Shown: positions 17,102-25,980, numbered from the stretch's first letter. The stretch: 32,000 bases of DNA from Zestosphaera tikiterensis (GCA_003056265.1 NBVN01000002.1:360001-392000); one strand, 5' to 3'. Program-made: numbers and translations. The notes: generated by a model not told the origin, from the letters alone.

Positions 17102-18223
17102 CTATTTATGGCGGAGTAAATGTTTATAAGTTTTAAGTGCCCAGTATAGGGGTATCTCATCTCTATCTGCCTTGAAACTGCATTTACTGCATATCATTAT
17201 CCTAGTTCTCTTTGTCTTTTTATATACTGTTAGCTTATTCCCACATTTTGGACAAAAAGATGAATATAGCCTTTCTTCAATCCAGTATATCCCATACCAC
17301 GACAATATGTTCTTTAAGCTCCTCGCAAAGCTTAGCAATGTTTTCTGAAGTCTTGTATCACGTAATGAGGTGTGCTCTGGTATATCTATTACTATAAGAG
17401 GTCGTTTGTTATGTCTTTTAGCGATTCTTCTAATCTTCCTGACCACTCTTGCAACACTTTGCTGGATCCACCCTTTATAGGAATATGATAGTGCCCTTCT
17501 TATCAGTACTGGGTAGATGTTAATCTGTCTCTCAGTTAAGCAACCCATATTGTATAACCTGTCTCTAAGCATCATAAGTCTCTTGGTGTAAACCCTTTTG
17601 TTGGATAGGTTCGGCGGTCTAAGCTTTATGGTTTTAATAAGCTTCCCATCCCAGAAATGCACCACAATGCCGTAATCTGAGTTTATGTCTGCTACCACGA
17701 GCAGGGGGTCCTCTGGAACGTCTACAACATTCTTTTTATGAAGAACTATCTGCACTACAAGCTCGTTGTTCCTCTCAAGCACTCTAACATACCTTTCATC
17801 TGGAGACTCTTTAAGTCTCTTCTCAAGCAATCTTAGTGCTCTCTTAGGTATTGGGTACTCCCTAGTTTTATCTAACCTGAGAACGAGCTTTCCATCTCTA
17901 ATATACGCTCCTTTCCTCTCATGAATAGCATCGACAAGCGGTATGTTTAGTATTACTTTATATGGTATGGGAGTTCTTTCAATGTTTTTGAATAGATATA
18001 GGGGATCCCCTTCATCCAGAAGATTATCACGCCAATAGCTCTTAACGGATCTAGTGAGTGTATTAACGACCTCTGAATCAGGATCTATACTGAGTCTCTT
18101 ACACCAGTATATATGAGATGCCAGAACTCTATACTTATAGATAAACTCCTTCACATAGCTATCTAGAGGATATTTAAGTGTGAGAACCCTATAGCCTTCA
18201 AGGGTTCTCAATTTCGAAGACAA
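17102..18223 (-). CDS. TnpB-like protein (IS200/IS605 OrfB family; RuvC-like nuclease with a zinc ribbon)
   Basis: Ordered motifs VVADINSDYG (RuvC-I Asp), LIVIDIPE (RuvC-II Glu), YSSFCPKCG..x..CSKCSFKADRDE (CxxC..CxxC zinc ribbon and RuvC-III Asp), in 373 aa. The putative start is a TTG at 18223 or 18211. Confidence 0.7.
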   Translation of the reverse strand: MSSKLRTLEGYRVLTLKYPLDSYVKEFIYKYRVLASHIYWCKRLSIDPDSEVVNTLTRSVKSYWRDNLLDEGDPLYLFKNIERTPIPYKVILNIPLVDAIHERKGAYIRDGKLVLRLDKTREYPIPKRALRLLEKRLKESPDERYVRVLERNNELVVQIVLHKKNVVDVPEDPLLVVADINSDYGIVVHFWDGKLIKTIKLRPPNLSNKRVYTKRLMMLRDRLYNMGCLTERQINIYPVLIRRALSYSYKGWIQQSVARVVRKIRRIAKRHNKRPLIVIDIPEHTSLRDTRLQKTLLSFARSLKNILSWYGIYWIEERLYSSFCPKCGNKLTVYKKTKRTRIMICSKCSFKADRDEIPLYWALKTYKHLLRHK

Positions 18224-18343
18224 CTACTATCATCTCTTTTCTAGCTTTGTATAGGTTTTCAGCTTTATGCGTGAGCACCTTCGGAATAGTTATGATGTAC
18301 TTACCTTTTCCATGGGACGATATCCTAGCCTTGAAGCACATCA
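18197..18343 (-). CDS. Small ORF (48 aa), possible AbrB/SpoVT-like DNA-binding protein
   Basis: Not in the supplied track because it is under 60 aa. MMCFKARISSHGKGKYIITIPKVLTHKAENLYKARKEMIVVVFEIENP, where the ..YIITIPK.. segment resembles the AbrB swapped-hairpin motif. It overlaps the TnpB-like start by 27 nt. Confidence 0.35.
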
Positions 18344-18382
18344 TAGTTCCATACCTTGTTCCGTGATATTTAGTTCCAAAAA

Positions 18383-18390
18383 TTTATAAA
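18383..18390. promoter_or_regulatory. Palindromic TATA box TTTATAAA between the divergent small ORF/TnpB-like genes and ncRNA F3-B
   Basis: The box lies 26 nt before the conserved start of the RNA (18416) on the + strand and about 40 nt before the ATG at 18343 on the - strand. The equivalent A/T box of copy A is at 9047-9058. Confidence 0.45.
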
Positions 18391-18415
18391 CTTTTTACAA
18401 TTTAATATGTATTGA

Positions 18416-18571
18416 GTTGGGTGTGGGCAACCGTAGCTTGGGATGAGTCCCACACCTTCCCGGAGTTGACGGCGGGAGCTGATGGGTGATGCGCCCTCAG
18501 TGAGGGGCTTCAGAGAAGTGATGGAAGCCCTAGGGGAAGAACCCCTGCCACAAATAACAGGGGCCGTCAGC
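18416..18571 (+). ncRNA. Structured ncRNA family F3, copy B (unknown function)
   Basis: Paralogue of 9083-9239. One hairpin is replaced compensatorily (CCCCTG-CCACAAATAA-CAGGGG at 18542-18563 against TCCGCC-ATTCAT-GGCGGA in copy A). The closing helix 18465-18473 with 18563-18571 has one U.G. No ORF of 60 aa or more crosses it. Confidence 0.65.
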
Positions 18572-18788
18572 TAATTCAATAACAGTTTCTACTATATAAA
18601 CATAACTTTCCATTTCTTTAAAATAAGAGAAATACATTAACTTCTCAATAAATATTAAGTATGGTTTTCATATATAATGTATGTTTTACAGCACCATTAG
18701 CATGATTTAGTCAGTTTAAGAACAGCCATGTTTCTGTAGTAGTAAAGAGCTAAACTTCGTCCTTTAACTATAGTTATTACTACTTAAG

Positions 18789-19508
18789 CTATGCTATATG
18801 GTTAGGATAATGATTAGTATATAATGTTTCTAAATAATGCTTTAAAATTTTCCTTTCTGCTTTTCTAATGTATTCAAGAACGGTTGGTTTTGATAAATCA
18901 AGCTCTTTAGCAAGGTTATTCAAGTCTATTCTTCTAGGCCATTCAAAATATCCTTCTTCATAAGCTTTCTTGAGTACTTGAAATTCACGTTCGGTTAGAT
19001 TTAGGGTTGTTGTTAGATGTAGAGAACTTAGAAGAGGCGATTCGATATATCTTAAGTAAGTGGGTTTTGTCATTTTTGCCTTAACTTCAACGGGTGAGTA
19101 CTTCTTCACTAACATTTTTAGCTTATTTTCCTCTTCTCTAGGGATGAGAATAGGGAATTTTTTAACACCCTCACTCACTATTACCGGACCTACCTTAAGA
19201 CCTCTGACTTCCGCTAAAGCTTTTAAAACACCATAGTTCTTTTTAATCATAAAGAGAAATGGTTGAAAACCAGCACCTCTTAAAACTTCTGCGTATTTCA
19301 CGTCATCATAACTTTTACTTAAGTCTAGAGCCTCTTCAACTGAAGATTTACTTGAAGGCAATATCTGAAGTATCATGTGGCTATCTCCTTTAATCAAACT
19401 TAAATAGTTAATGAAAACTACCCTATTTTTCCTAGCCGTTAATTCTGTAAGGTAGTCACCGTAATGAACAACTTCAAGTTCTCTAATGGAGTAACGTATT
19501 TTCATCAT
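18789..19508 (-). CDS. HTH_10 (bacterio-opsin-activator-like) DNA-binding regulator
   Basis: The C-terminal LTEREFQVLKKAYEEGYFEWPRRIDLNNLAKELDLSKPTVLEYIRKAERKIL matches the Bat-type HTH_10 domain. The gene is divergent from the lyase/transporter/dehydratase cluster. Confidence 0.7.
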   Translation of the reverse strand: MMKIRYSIRELEVVHYGDYLTELTARKNRVVFINYLSLIKGDSHMILQILPSSKSSVEEALDLSKSYDDVKYAEVLRGAGFQPFLFMIKKNYGVLKALAEVRGLKVGPVIVSEGVKKFPILIPREEENKLKMLVKKYSPVEVKAKMTKPTYLRYIESPLLSSLHLTTTLNLTEREFQVLKKAYEEGYFEWPRRIDLNNLAKELDLSKPTVLEYIRKAERKILKHYLETLYTNHYPNHIA

Positions 19509-19626
19509 ATGTATCCAAAGATGTAGAGCTAAGAAAGCTATTAAACTTAACTTAGAAAGTCGGTCAAACTTGTTAGGATTAATTCAATTAAGCTTTGTAA
19601 GTAGACACCTCTTATGGTGGATTAAT

Positions 19627-20544
19627 ATGAAGAAATCAACCGTATTTAGAAAAATGCTTAGTGAGTCAGGAGTTATTGTTATGCCTGGAGCTTACGATGC
19701 TTTAAGTGCTAAGATTATAGAGCTTGTAGGGTTTAAAGCTATTCAACATACAGGTTACGGTACTGCTGCGTCGCTTCTTGGCATGCCTGATATAGGGTTA
19801 GTTAGTTTTAAAGAGATGGTTGATAGGGTTGCTTCGATAGCTAGGGCTGTAAACATTCCAGTGATAGGTGATGCTGATACAGGTTATGGAAATCCAATAA
19901 ACGCATATAGAACTGTTAAGGAATATATCTGGGCTGGCGCTGCTGGGTTGTTCATCGAAGATCAAGTTTGGCCGAAAAGATGTGGGCATATGTTCGGTAA
20001 GATGATAATTGATAAGGAGGAGATGATGGGTAAAATAATGGCTGCTGTAGATGCGAAGAAAGAGGAAGATCCTGACTTCGTCATAGGTGCTAGGACAGAT
20101 GCTATAGCTGTTGCTGGTATAGATGAAGCGATAGAGAGGGCTAACGCTTATCATAAAGCGGGTGCTGATTTCATATTTATCGAAGCTTTTGAAAACGTAG
20201 AGCAGATGGAAAAAGCGGTAAAAGAGGTTAAAGCACCATTAATGCTTAACCTTATTGAGGGTGGGAGAACACCTCTCGTATCGGTGCAGGAAGCTGAAAA
20301 ACTAGGCTTTAAGATGGTTATATTCCCCTTAACCGCTCTATATTCTGCTGCTAAAGCTATGTTTGAAACTCTAACTTTACTGAAGCAAAAAGGCACAGCT
20401 CAAGTATATTTAGACATGTTAATGACGTTCCCAGAATTTGCCAAGATAGTTGAGATACAGAAGTTTAGGGAAATGGAGGATAAATACATACCTGAAAAAA
20501 TCCTAGAGAAGATGTACGGTAAAGGCCCTAGAAAAATCGTTTAA
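19627..20544 (+). CDS. Isocitrate lyase/PEP mutase family lyase (methylisocitrate lyase or dimethylmalate lyase-like)
   Basis: MPGAYDALSAK.., GDADTGYGN and the lyase signature PKRCGHMFGK (K[KR]CGH). The ATG at 19627 is preferred over the TTG at 19570 used in the track. Confidence 0.75.
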   Translation: MKKSTVFRKMLSESGVIVMPGAYDALSAKIIELVGFKAIQHTGYGTAASLLGMPDIGLVSFKEMVDRVASIARAVNIPVIGDADTGYGNPINAYRTVKEYIWAGAAGLFIEDQVWPKRCGHMFGKMIIDKEEMMGKIMAAVDAKKEEDPDFVIGARTDAIAVAGIDEAIERANAYHKAGADFIFIEAFENVEQMEKAVKEVKAPLMLNLIEGGRTPLVSVQEAEKLGFKMVIFPLTALYSAAKAMFETLTLLKQKGTAQVYLDMLMTFPEFAKIVEIQKFREMEDKYIPEKILEKMYGKGPRKIV

Positions 20545-20557
20545 AGGGTGTAAGAAG

Positions 20558-20788
20558 ATGAAGGAAGTAAGAACTTCTGTAGGTAGACTCCTCATAATGC
20601 TTGTCGTATTGTATATAGTCTTAGCAACTCCTTGGTATATACCTAAAGTCGTTGAGCCTTTAGTACTAGGTATACCTTTATGGGCGTTTGTAACCGTAAT
20701 CGTAATATTTAGTCTAGGTTATGCTTTAGTGTATCCAACCCTTCTAAAAATAGAAAAAGAATATGAGAAGGTGATGCGTGGTGGCTAA
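20558..20788 (+). CDS. Small two-TM membrane protein (DUF3311-like accessory peptide of SSS transporters)
   Basis: 76 aa with two hydrophobic helices. It lies immediately upstream of the SSS permease and overlaps it, which is a common pairing. Confidence 0.55.
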   Translation: MKEVRTSVGRLLIMLVVLYIVLATPWYIPKVVEPLVLGIPLWAFVTVIVIFSLGYALVYPTLLKIEKEYEKVMRGG

Positions 20789-22262
20789 AGAATTTACTTG
20801 GGGTATTGACCTACCTATATTGGTGGTTTTATATCTAGTTTTAATTATTTATATAGGATATTATTCTTATAAGAGAAGATTAGGAGTTAGCGTTAAAGAA
20901 TTCTTTGCTGCTAGTAAAACGTTAGGTTACGTAGCTTTAGGTTTAGGACTCTTTGCTACTATAGCAAGCGGTAATACGTTCTTAGGATATGCTGGTCAAG
21001 CATATAGAGCTGGTGGGTATGGGTTCCTAGTAGTTCCGGCATTTTACGTAAGCATACTTATAGGATTTATATTGTTAAGTAAAGCAATAATTTTATCAAA
21101 CAGGAAGGGTTATGTAACACCGGGAGATTACTTTATAGACAGATTTGACTCTAAAGCTTTAACTATATGGCTTTTAATCCTTATGTGGTGGTGTACTTTT
21201 GTGCAATTCTTTGAACAATCTATTGCTATGGGTTATATAGGGGAGGTAACGTCGGGTGGATACATACCTTACGCTGTAGCTGCTGCTCTATTTTTAATCG
21301 CTGTAGCTATCCTAATACTATTAGGTGGGTTTAGAGGAACAGCGTTGGCTAATTTCATTATGGGAGCAACTATGGTAGCTGCAATGATATCCGTACTCTT
21401 TGGCTTAATACCGATACTTGGAGGAGCAGAAACCTTATCTAAAGCCTTAAGTAGTAAAGGTGTGGTAGTAGCGTTAAGCGAGACTCCTCCAACATATTTA
21501 AAATGGGTAAGTACGGTTATCCTTATAATGTTTGGTGTAGTAGCTTACTATCAAGTATGGAATTTCATAATAGCTAACAAAGATTTAAAGAGTTTAAGAA
21601 TGCAATTTAAATTCACACCAGCTATATATGCCATCATACCGACTATATTCGTTATATTGGGTACGATCGGGCTTGCATTATTCCCAGGTCTTTCAAGAAT
21701 GGAGTCTGAGAAAGTACAGCTATATTTAATTAACGAAGCAGCGAGTAGAAGCCCAGCAGGTTATGTTTTAGGCGAATTGTTGTTAATAGCTGTGGTTGCT
21801 GCTACAGTATCAACAGCCGCAGCAGTCATCTTTGCTATGGGCTCCGTTATGGCTAAAGACTTCTACGTCAAGTTAATCAATCCGCAAGCGGATGATAAGA
21901 AAATAATAAACGTTAGCAAAATAATTATGATAGCGTTATGCTTATTTGCTTATTTCATCGTAATGACCCCCCAATTAACTTTATGGGAGTGGGTTGTCTT
22001 AAAATTCCAAGTGGGGCTTCAAGCAGTAAGTCCACTACTTCTAAGTATGTACATCCCTTGGGTAAATAGTAGAGGTGCTTGGGTAGGTTCCGTAACTGGA
22101 TTTGCTATAGTAGTAGCGTCATATCTAGGGAAATTTACAAGCATACAGGGGTTTGACACGGGAGTGTTAGCTTTCCTAATAAATATAGCGCTTGTTCTGT
22201 TAGTAAGTTATCTAACTAAAAAACCCGAGGAAATAAAGAGGGCTTTAGAGGTAATAACTTGA
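20778..22262 (+). CDS. Sodium:solute symporter (SSS) family transporter
   Basis: A 494-aa protein with about 13 TM helices and a GNTFLGYAGQAY.. segment typical of the SSS family. Confidence 0.75.
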   Translation: MVAKEFTWGIDLPILVVLYLVLIIYIGYYSYKRRLGVSVKEFFAASKTLGYVALGLGLFATIASGNTFLGYAGQAYRAGGYGFLVVPAFYVSILIGFILLSKAIILSNRKGYVTPGDYFIDRFDSKALTIWLLILMWWCTFVQFFEQSIAMGYIGEVTSGGYIPYAVAAALFLIAVAILILLGGFRGTALANFIMGATMVAAMISVLFGLIPILGGAETLSKALSSKGVVVALSETPPTYLKWVSTVILIMFGVVAYYQVWNFIIANKDLKSLRMQFKFTPAIYAIIPTIFVILGTIGLALFPGLSRMESEKVQLYLINEAASRSPAGYVLGELLLIAVVAATVSTAAAVIFAMGSVMAKDFYVKLINPQADDKKIINVSKIIMIALCLFAYFIVMTPQLTLWEWVVLKFQVGLQAVSPLLLSMYIPWVNSRGAWVGSVTGFAIVVASYLGKFTSIQGFDTGVLAFLINIALVLLVSYLTKKPEEIKRALEVIT

Positions 22263-22286
22263 TAGAAATAAAAGAGGGAATGATCT

Positions 22287-23563
22287 TTGACTACATCATT
22301 AACCGCGAAGATATTAGCTAAGGCATCCAGTAGAGAAAAAGTTGAAGTGGGAGAGCATGTAATCGCCAATGTAGATAGGGTTATGATACATGACGTTACG
22401 GGTCCCATATCTCTGGATGTAATTGAAGAATTAAAAGCTGAGGTATTTGATCCTAGTAAAATCTATATTTTTTAGATCATTACAGTCCTCCACCAACAAT
22501 CTCGGCTTCTAACATACACAGAAGGTTTAGAGAATTCTCTAAAGATAAGAAGATACTAAACTTCTTTGACGTTGGTGAAGGTGTTTGTCACCAGGTAATG
22601 GTGGAAGGTAATGTAAAGCCTGGGGAGGTTGTTGTAGGTGCGGATTCCCATACAGTAACCTATGGAGCATTATCATCATTCGCTACTGGCGTAGGATCAA
22701 CTGAAGCGGCTTACGCTATGGTCACGGGTAAGTTATGGTTTAAAGTGCCTGAACCTCTGTATATTCGAGTGGATGGTCGTTTACCATATTATATATGCGG
22801 CAAGGATGTGATATTAAAAATCTTAAGTGAAATAGGTGAGGAGGGAGCTAATTACAAAAGCATGGAATTCTTCGGCTCAGGACTTAAATCTTTAAGCATG
22901 AGTGATAGGTTAACCATAGCAAACATGAGTGTGGAGGGAGGCGCTAAAAACGCTATTTTTCCCTTAGATGAAATCACCTTAAGTTACTTTAAGGATTTAG
23001 GCATGCATATCGATATTGTGGATTTAGGTTTCCTTAAACCAATCGAACCCCAAGAGCAGAAGCCTGATATTGTAGTAGATCTAAGCTCATTAGAACCTAT
23101 GGTTTCAAAACCCCATAGTCCGGCTAACGCCGTCAGCGTTCGTGAAGTTGAAGGCATTAAAGTAGATATGGCCTTTATAGGTTCCTGCACTAACGGTAGG
23201 TATGAAGACTTATATCAAGCAGCAAAGATATTAAAGAGTAGGAAGGTCTCAAGAGACGTAAGGTTAATAATCACACCAGCTTCTAAGAAAGTCTTAATGA
23301 AGGCATTAAAGGAAGACTTAATAAGGATTTTAGTAGAAGCTGGCGCTATAGTAACACCACCAAGCTGTGGTGCCTGTTTCGGAGGCCACTTAGGTGTGGC
23401 AGGCGATAACGAGAACGTCATATCCAGTACTAACAGAAATTTCAAAGGTAGGATGGGATCCCCTAAAGCAAACATATATCTTGCTTCCCCACTTACGGTA
23501 GCTGCTTCAGCAGTCGAAGGTAGCATAACAGACCCTAGAAAATATTTAGGTGAAATCGCATGA
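22287..23563 (+). pseudogene. Aconitase-family dehydratase large subunit (LeuC/HacA-like) interrupted by a -1 frameshift at a T6 run
   Basis: The N-terminal piece (22287-22475) ends ..KIYIF-TAG. The -1 frame continues LDHYSPPP..GEGVCHQV..GADSHT.. and runs on to 23563. The joined sequence aligns colinearly with the LeuC/HacA N-terminus (..DH..PP...GI.HQ...DSHT). Confidence 0.8.
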
Positions 23564-24081
23564 GTTCTGAAGTAATTAAAGGTAAGGTACTCGTTGTAGG
23601 AGATAATATAGATACAGACCTCATAGTACCTGGTAAATATTTAACGCTGAAAGAAGCTAGCGATTTAGGAAAACATGTATTAGAAGGTTTAGATCCTTCT
23701 ATACCTGATAAAATTGAAAAGGAGGGGATAAGAGTTATAGTTGCTGGGAGGAACTTCGGCTGCGGGTCTAGTAGAGAACATGCTGTATTAGCGATTATTG
23801 GGGCGGGGATTAAAGCAGTTGTAGCAGAATCTTTTGCTAGGATATTCTATAGAAACGCTATTAATCGAGGGTTAATAGTTATAGAAGCGAAAGGATTAAG
23901 AAATAAAGTAAGGGACGGTGATATCATAACTATAGACCTCGATAAGCACTCTATAACGATTCCAACCGGAGAGGAAGTATCTTTTAAACCATTACCTGAA
24001 GAGGTTATGAAGATAATAAAAGCTGGAGGTCTTATAGAATATCTGAAAAAGCAAAAGGAGACAAAAGAGGCAACTAGATAA
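23560..24081 (+). CDS. Aconitase-family dehydratase small subunit (LeuD/HacB-like)
   Basis: GDNIDTD.I.PGKYL and GRNFGCGSSREHA motifs. The start overlaps the stop of the large subunit. Confidence 0.85.
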   Translation: MSSEVIKGKVLVVGDNIDTDLIVPGKYLTLKEASDLGKHVLEGLDPSIPDKIEKEGIRVIVAGRNFGCGSSREHAVLAIIGAGIKAVVAESFARIFYRNAINRGLIVIEAKGLRNKVRDGDIITIDLDKHSITIPTGEEVSFKPLPEEVMKIIKAGGLIEYLKKQKETKEATR

Positions 24082-24458
24082 TGAACGAGAAAATTAAGAA
24101 ACTAGACGAAATGCTTTTAAGTATGGCTGGGAAATACTGCCATCCAGACGCACCTAAAGAATTCATAATCATATCTGAAGAACCTATAAAACCTGAAACA
24201 TGTGAAAGTGATTTATTAAAACAGTTAAATTTAGCTGACAATAAGAATAAGGTTATTATAAAGCTACAAATAGAAGGTAGGGAAGTAGAGATTATTAAAC
24301 GTCCAGAGTTAGATGGTAGACTAGAAGTAGTGATCAAGAGAGAACCCAAAAATACTACATTAACTTACGGGGAAGTTTATAGTATATTAGGCATTTGTGA
24401 GAAATTGTTAGGAATTAAAATAGCTTGGAAGAAACCTTTCCCACGAGGTTCTTGTTAA
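24081..24458 (+). CDS. Hypothetical protein (125 aa), translationally coupled to the small dehydratase subunit
   Basis: Its ATG overlaps the TAA of the preceding gene (..AGATAATGAAC..). No family was recognised. Confidence 0.45.
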   Translation: MNEKIKKLDEMLLSMAGKYCHPDAPKEFIIISEEPIKPETCESDLLKQLNLADNKNKVIIKLQIEGREVEIIKRPELDGRLEVVIKREPKNTTLTYGEVYSILGICEKLLGIKIAWKKPFPRGSC

Positions 24459-24899
24459 GTAAAGTTAATAACCTTTCCTTAAGGAAATCTCAAATGAGAC
24501 GCCATTCTATGATAATGTAAAGTTAGCTTCAGCTATTTTCGCATCAAAGCTTTATAAACTTACCTTCGTTAAGATCCTTAACTAGAAGTCTATCCCACTA
24601 GTTTTCTGAGTTCTATTCAGGAAGAATCGTATGATAACATGCTACTACTGCCATGCCTTATATTCATCTCCTTAAGAACCTTTAAAAAGCTAAGGGCACA
24701 CGATCTTTAAGAGCTTAAACACATGGAATAACTATATTCATTCTTATCAACTGCTAGGTCTATTATAAGTCTCCCCTAAAAATCCTGCCTTCACCGTAAT
24801 CGCTCCTCAATGTGATGCCCTTTCCACATTTTAAAGACTTAAACAGTTTTATACATTCTATCGTAGATGTTATTACGATAGTATTTAATGAAGTGCGTT

Positions 24900-25570
24900 A
24901 ACGAAAGTCCAGAATGATGGTTGACCTTAAAGTTTTAGAAGGTAAATCCGTAATAAAAGGACAAATTCTGTAATTTCTGTAGTTATTATGTAACGGATGG
25001 GATCTAGAGGATATTTTTGAGAGAATATCTACATCTTTAAAAGAGAATGTATTAGCAACTAAGGTTTTTAAGAGAGGAGATTATCGTTAAAAGCCTAAAC
25101 ATCAACGAATGGAAACACGCCTTGAATTACTACTACTGCCCTTAAAGAAAATGGATATGAGATAACCTCAATCTTGGAACTTAAACTAGATATGAATAAT
25201 GAAGAAATAGCGAAAGTTAGCTATGAAAGAGTCGAGAACTTTAATAACCTTTTGAAGAAGATTCCGGAAATAGCGCTATTAAAATATAACATTACATTTC
25301 AGGGATATTTTTAGTAAGTTTTACTAAGGATACTGCCGTTAAATCTCCTGCACTCCTGTACGTAGTTAAAAGAACGTTCTCATCATTAATGCGATAGAGG
25401 ATCTATACAATAAGTATCGTGATCAAAAAGAGAACGGAAAGGTACTAGCATCACATCAACGCTTTTCTTTCAATGGCAATGAGAGTCTTACTTATTGGAG
25501 ATTTAGACATTGTTAAAAACGTAAATGCGGAATTAAACTATATATAAAAAATATAATATTTTAATGGATT
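24900..25570 (+). pseudogene. Heavily decayed copy of the DUF433/DUF5615 toxin-antitoxin module
   Basis: Colinear nucleotide similarity (by eye about 65-70%) to 26110-26742, for example GTTGACCTTAAAG..GGTAAATCCGTAATAAAAGGA against GTTGACCCCAAG..GGTAAACCCGTAATAAAAGGA. No open frame survives. Confidence 0.6.
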
Positions 25571-25615
25571 TAGTGAGCCCGCGGGGACTCGAACCCCGGA
25601 CCTCCGCCGTGTGAG
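25571..25615 (-). repeat. Partial duplicate of the 3' half of tRNA-Val (att-like remnant)
   Basis: 43 of 45 nt are identical to 26743-26787, covering the anticodon loop through the 3' end. Similarity stops exactly inside the anticodon loop. Confidence 0.85.
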
Positions 25616-25771
25616 AACGTAATGATATTCGCAAACTCGTATTATTGGTATTTATGTAATCCAAAGCGATAACCATAGCCGATATCAACAGTGATATTAT
25701 TTGTCTTACGATATGCATGTCTCGGTTAGAATAATCTATAAAGACCTTTGTTATAATAGTGTCTAGGGGGA

Positions 25772-25980
25772 GGGTTCGGGTCTGAACGTTACTTCTAATT
25801 ACTTTTAGATACTTTTAATTGTTTTCTTCATCCCTTCATTTTTTGTTCCCCCGCTCCGTCTGGCTTCATCCTTCACTGCGGAGGCTCTTAGGAGTGACCC
25901 AAGCACCCCCGCACACGCTTCAAATCTTCCCCAATCTCTACGTTATTTTCCTTAGGGATCCACCTACCCTACAGGTGGAT
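25772..25980 (-). repeat. GC-rich structured repeat family F2, copy E4 (subfamily b)
   Basis: Reverse-complement paralogue of 9375-9557. Its 5' hairpin has different arms but the same loop (ATCCACCT-GTAGGGT-AGGTGGAT). Its helices GGGGTG/CACTCC and CCTCCGC/GCGGGGG carry G.U pairs only in this orientation. Confidence 0.6.

Noticed and set aside
19570-19626. The TTG start at 19570 for the ICL-family lyase, as given in the track.
   Set aside because: The extension (MLGLIQLSFVSRHLLWWIN) is hydrophobic and not part of the family core. The ATG at 19627 (MKKSTVFRKML..) matches the usual N-terminus better. The 19509-19626 interval is more plausibly the divergent promoter region shared with the HTH_10 regulator.
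22473-22475. The TAG at the end of the LeuC-like N-terminal piece as a pyrrolysine or read-through codon.
   Set aside because: The conserved continuation (LDHYSPP..) is in the -1 frame, not in frame with the TAG. Read-through would give an unrelated sequence.
25533-25718. Track ORF 25533-25718 (-).
   Set aside because: It spans the partial tRNA-Val copy and AT-rich degraded DNA. It has no family resemblance and is most likely a chance ORF in the decayed island.
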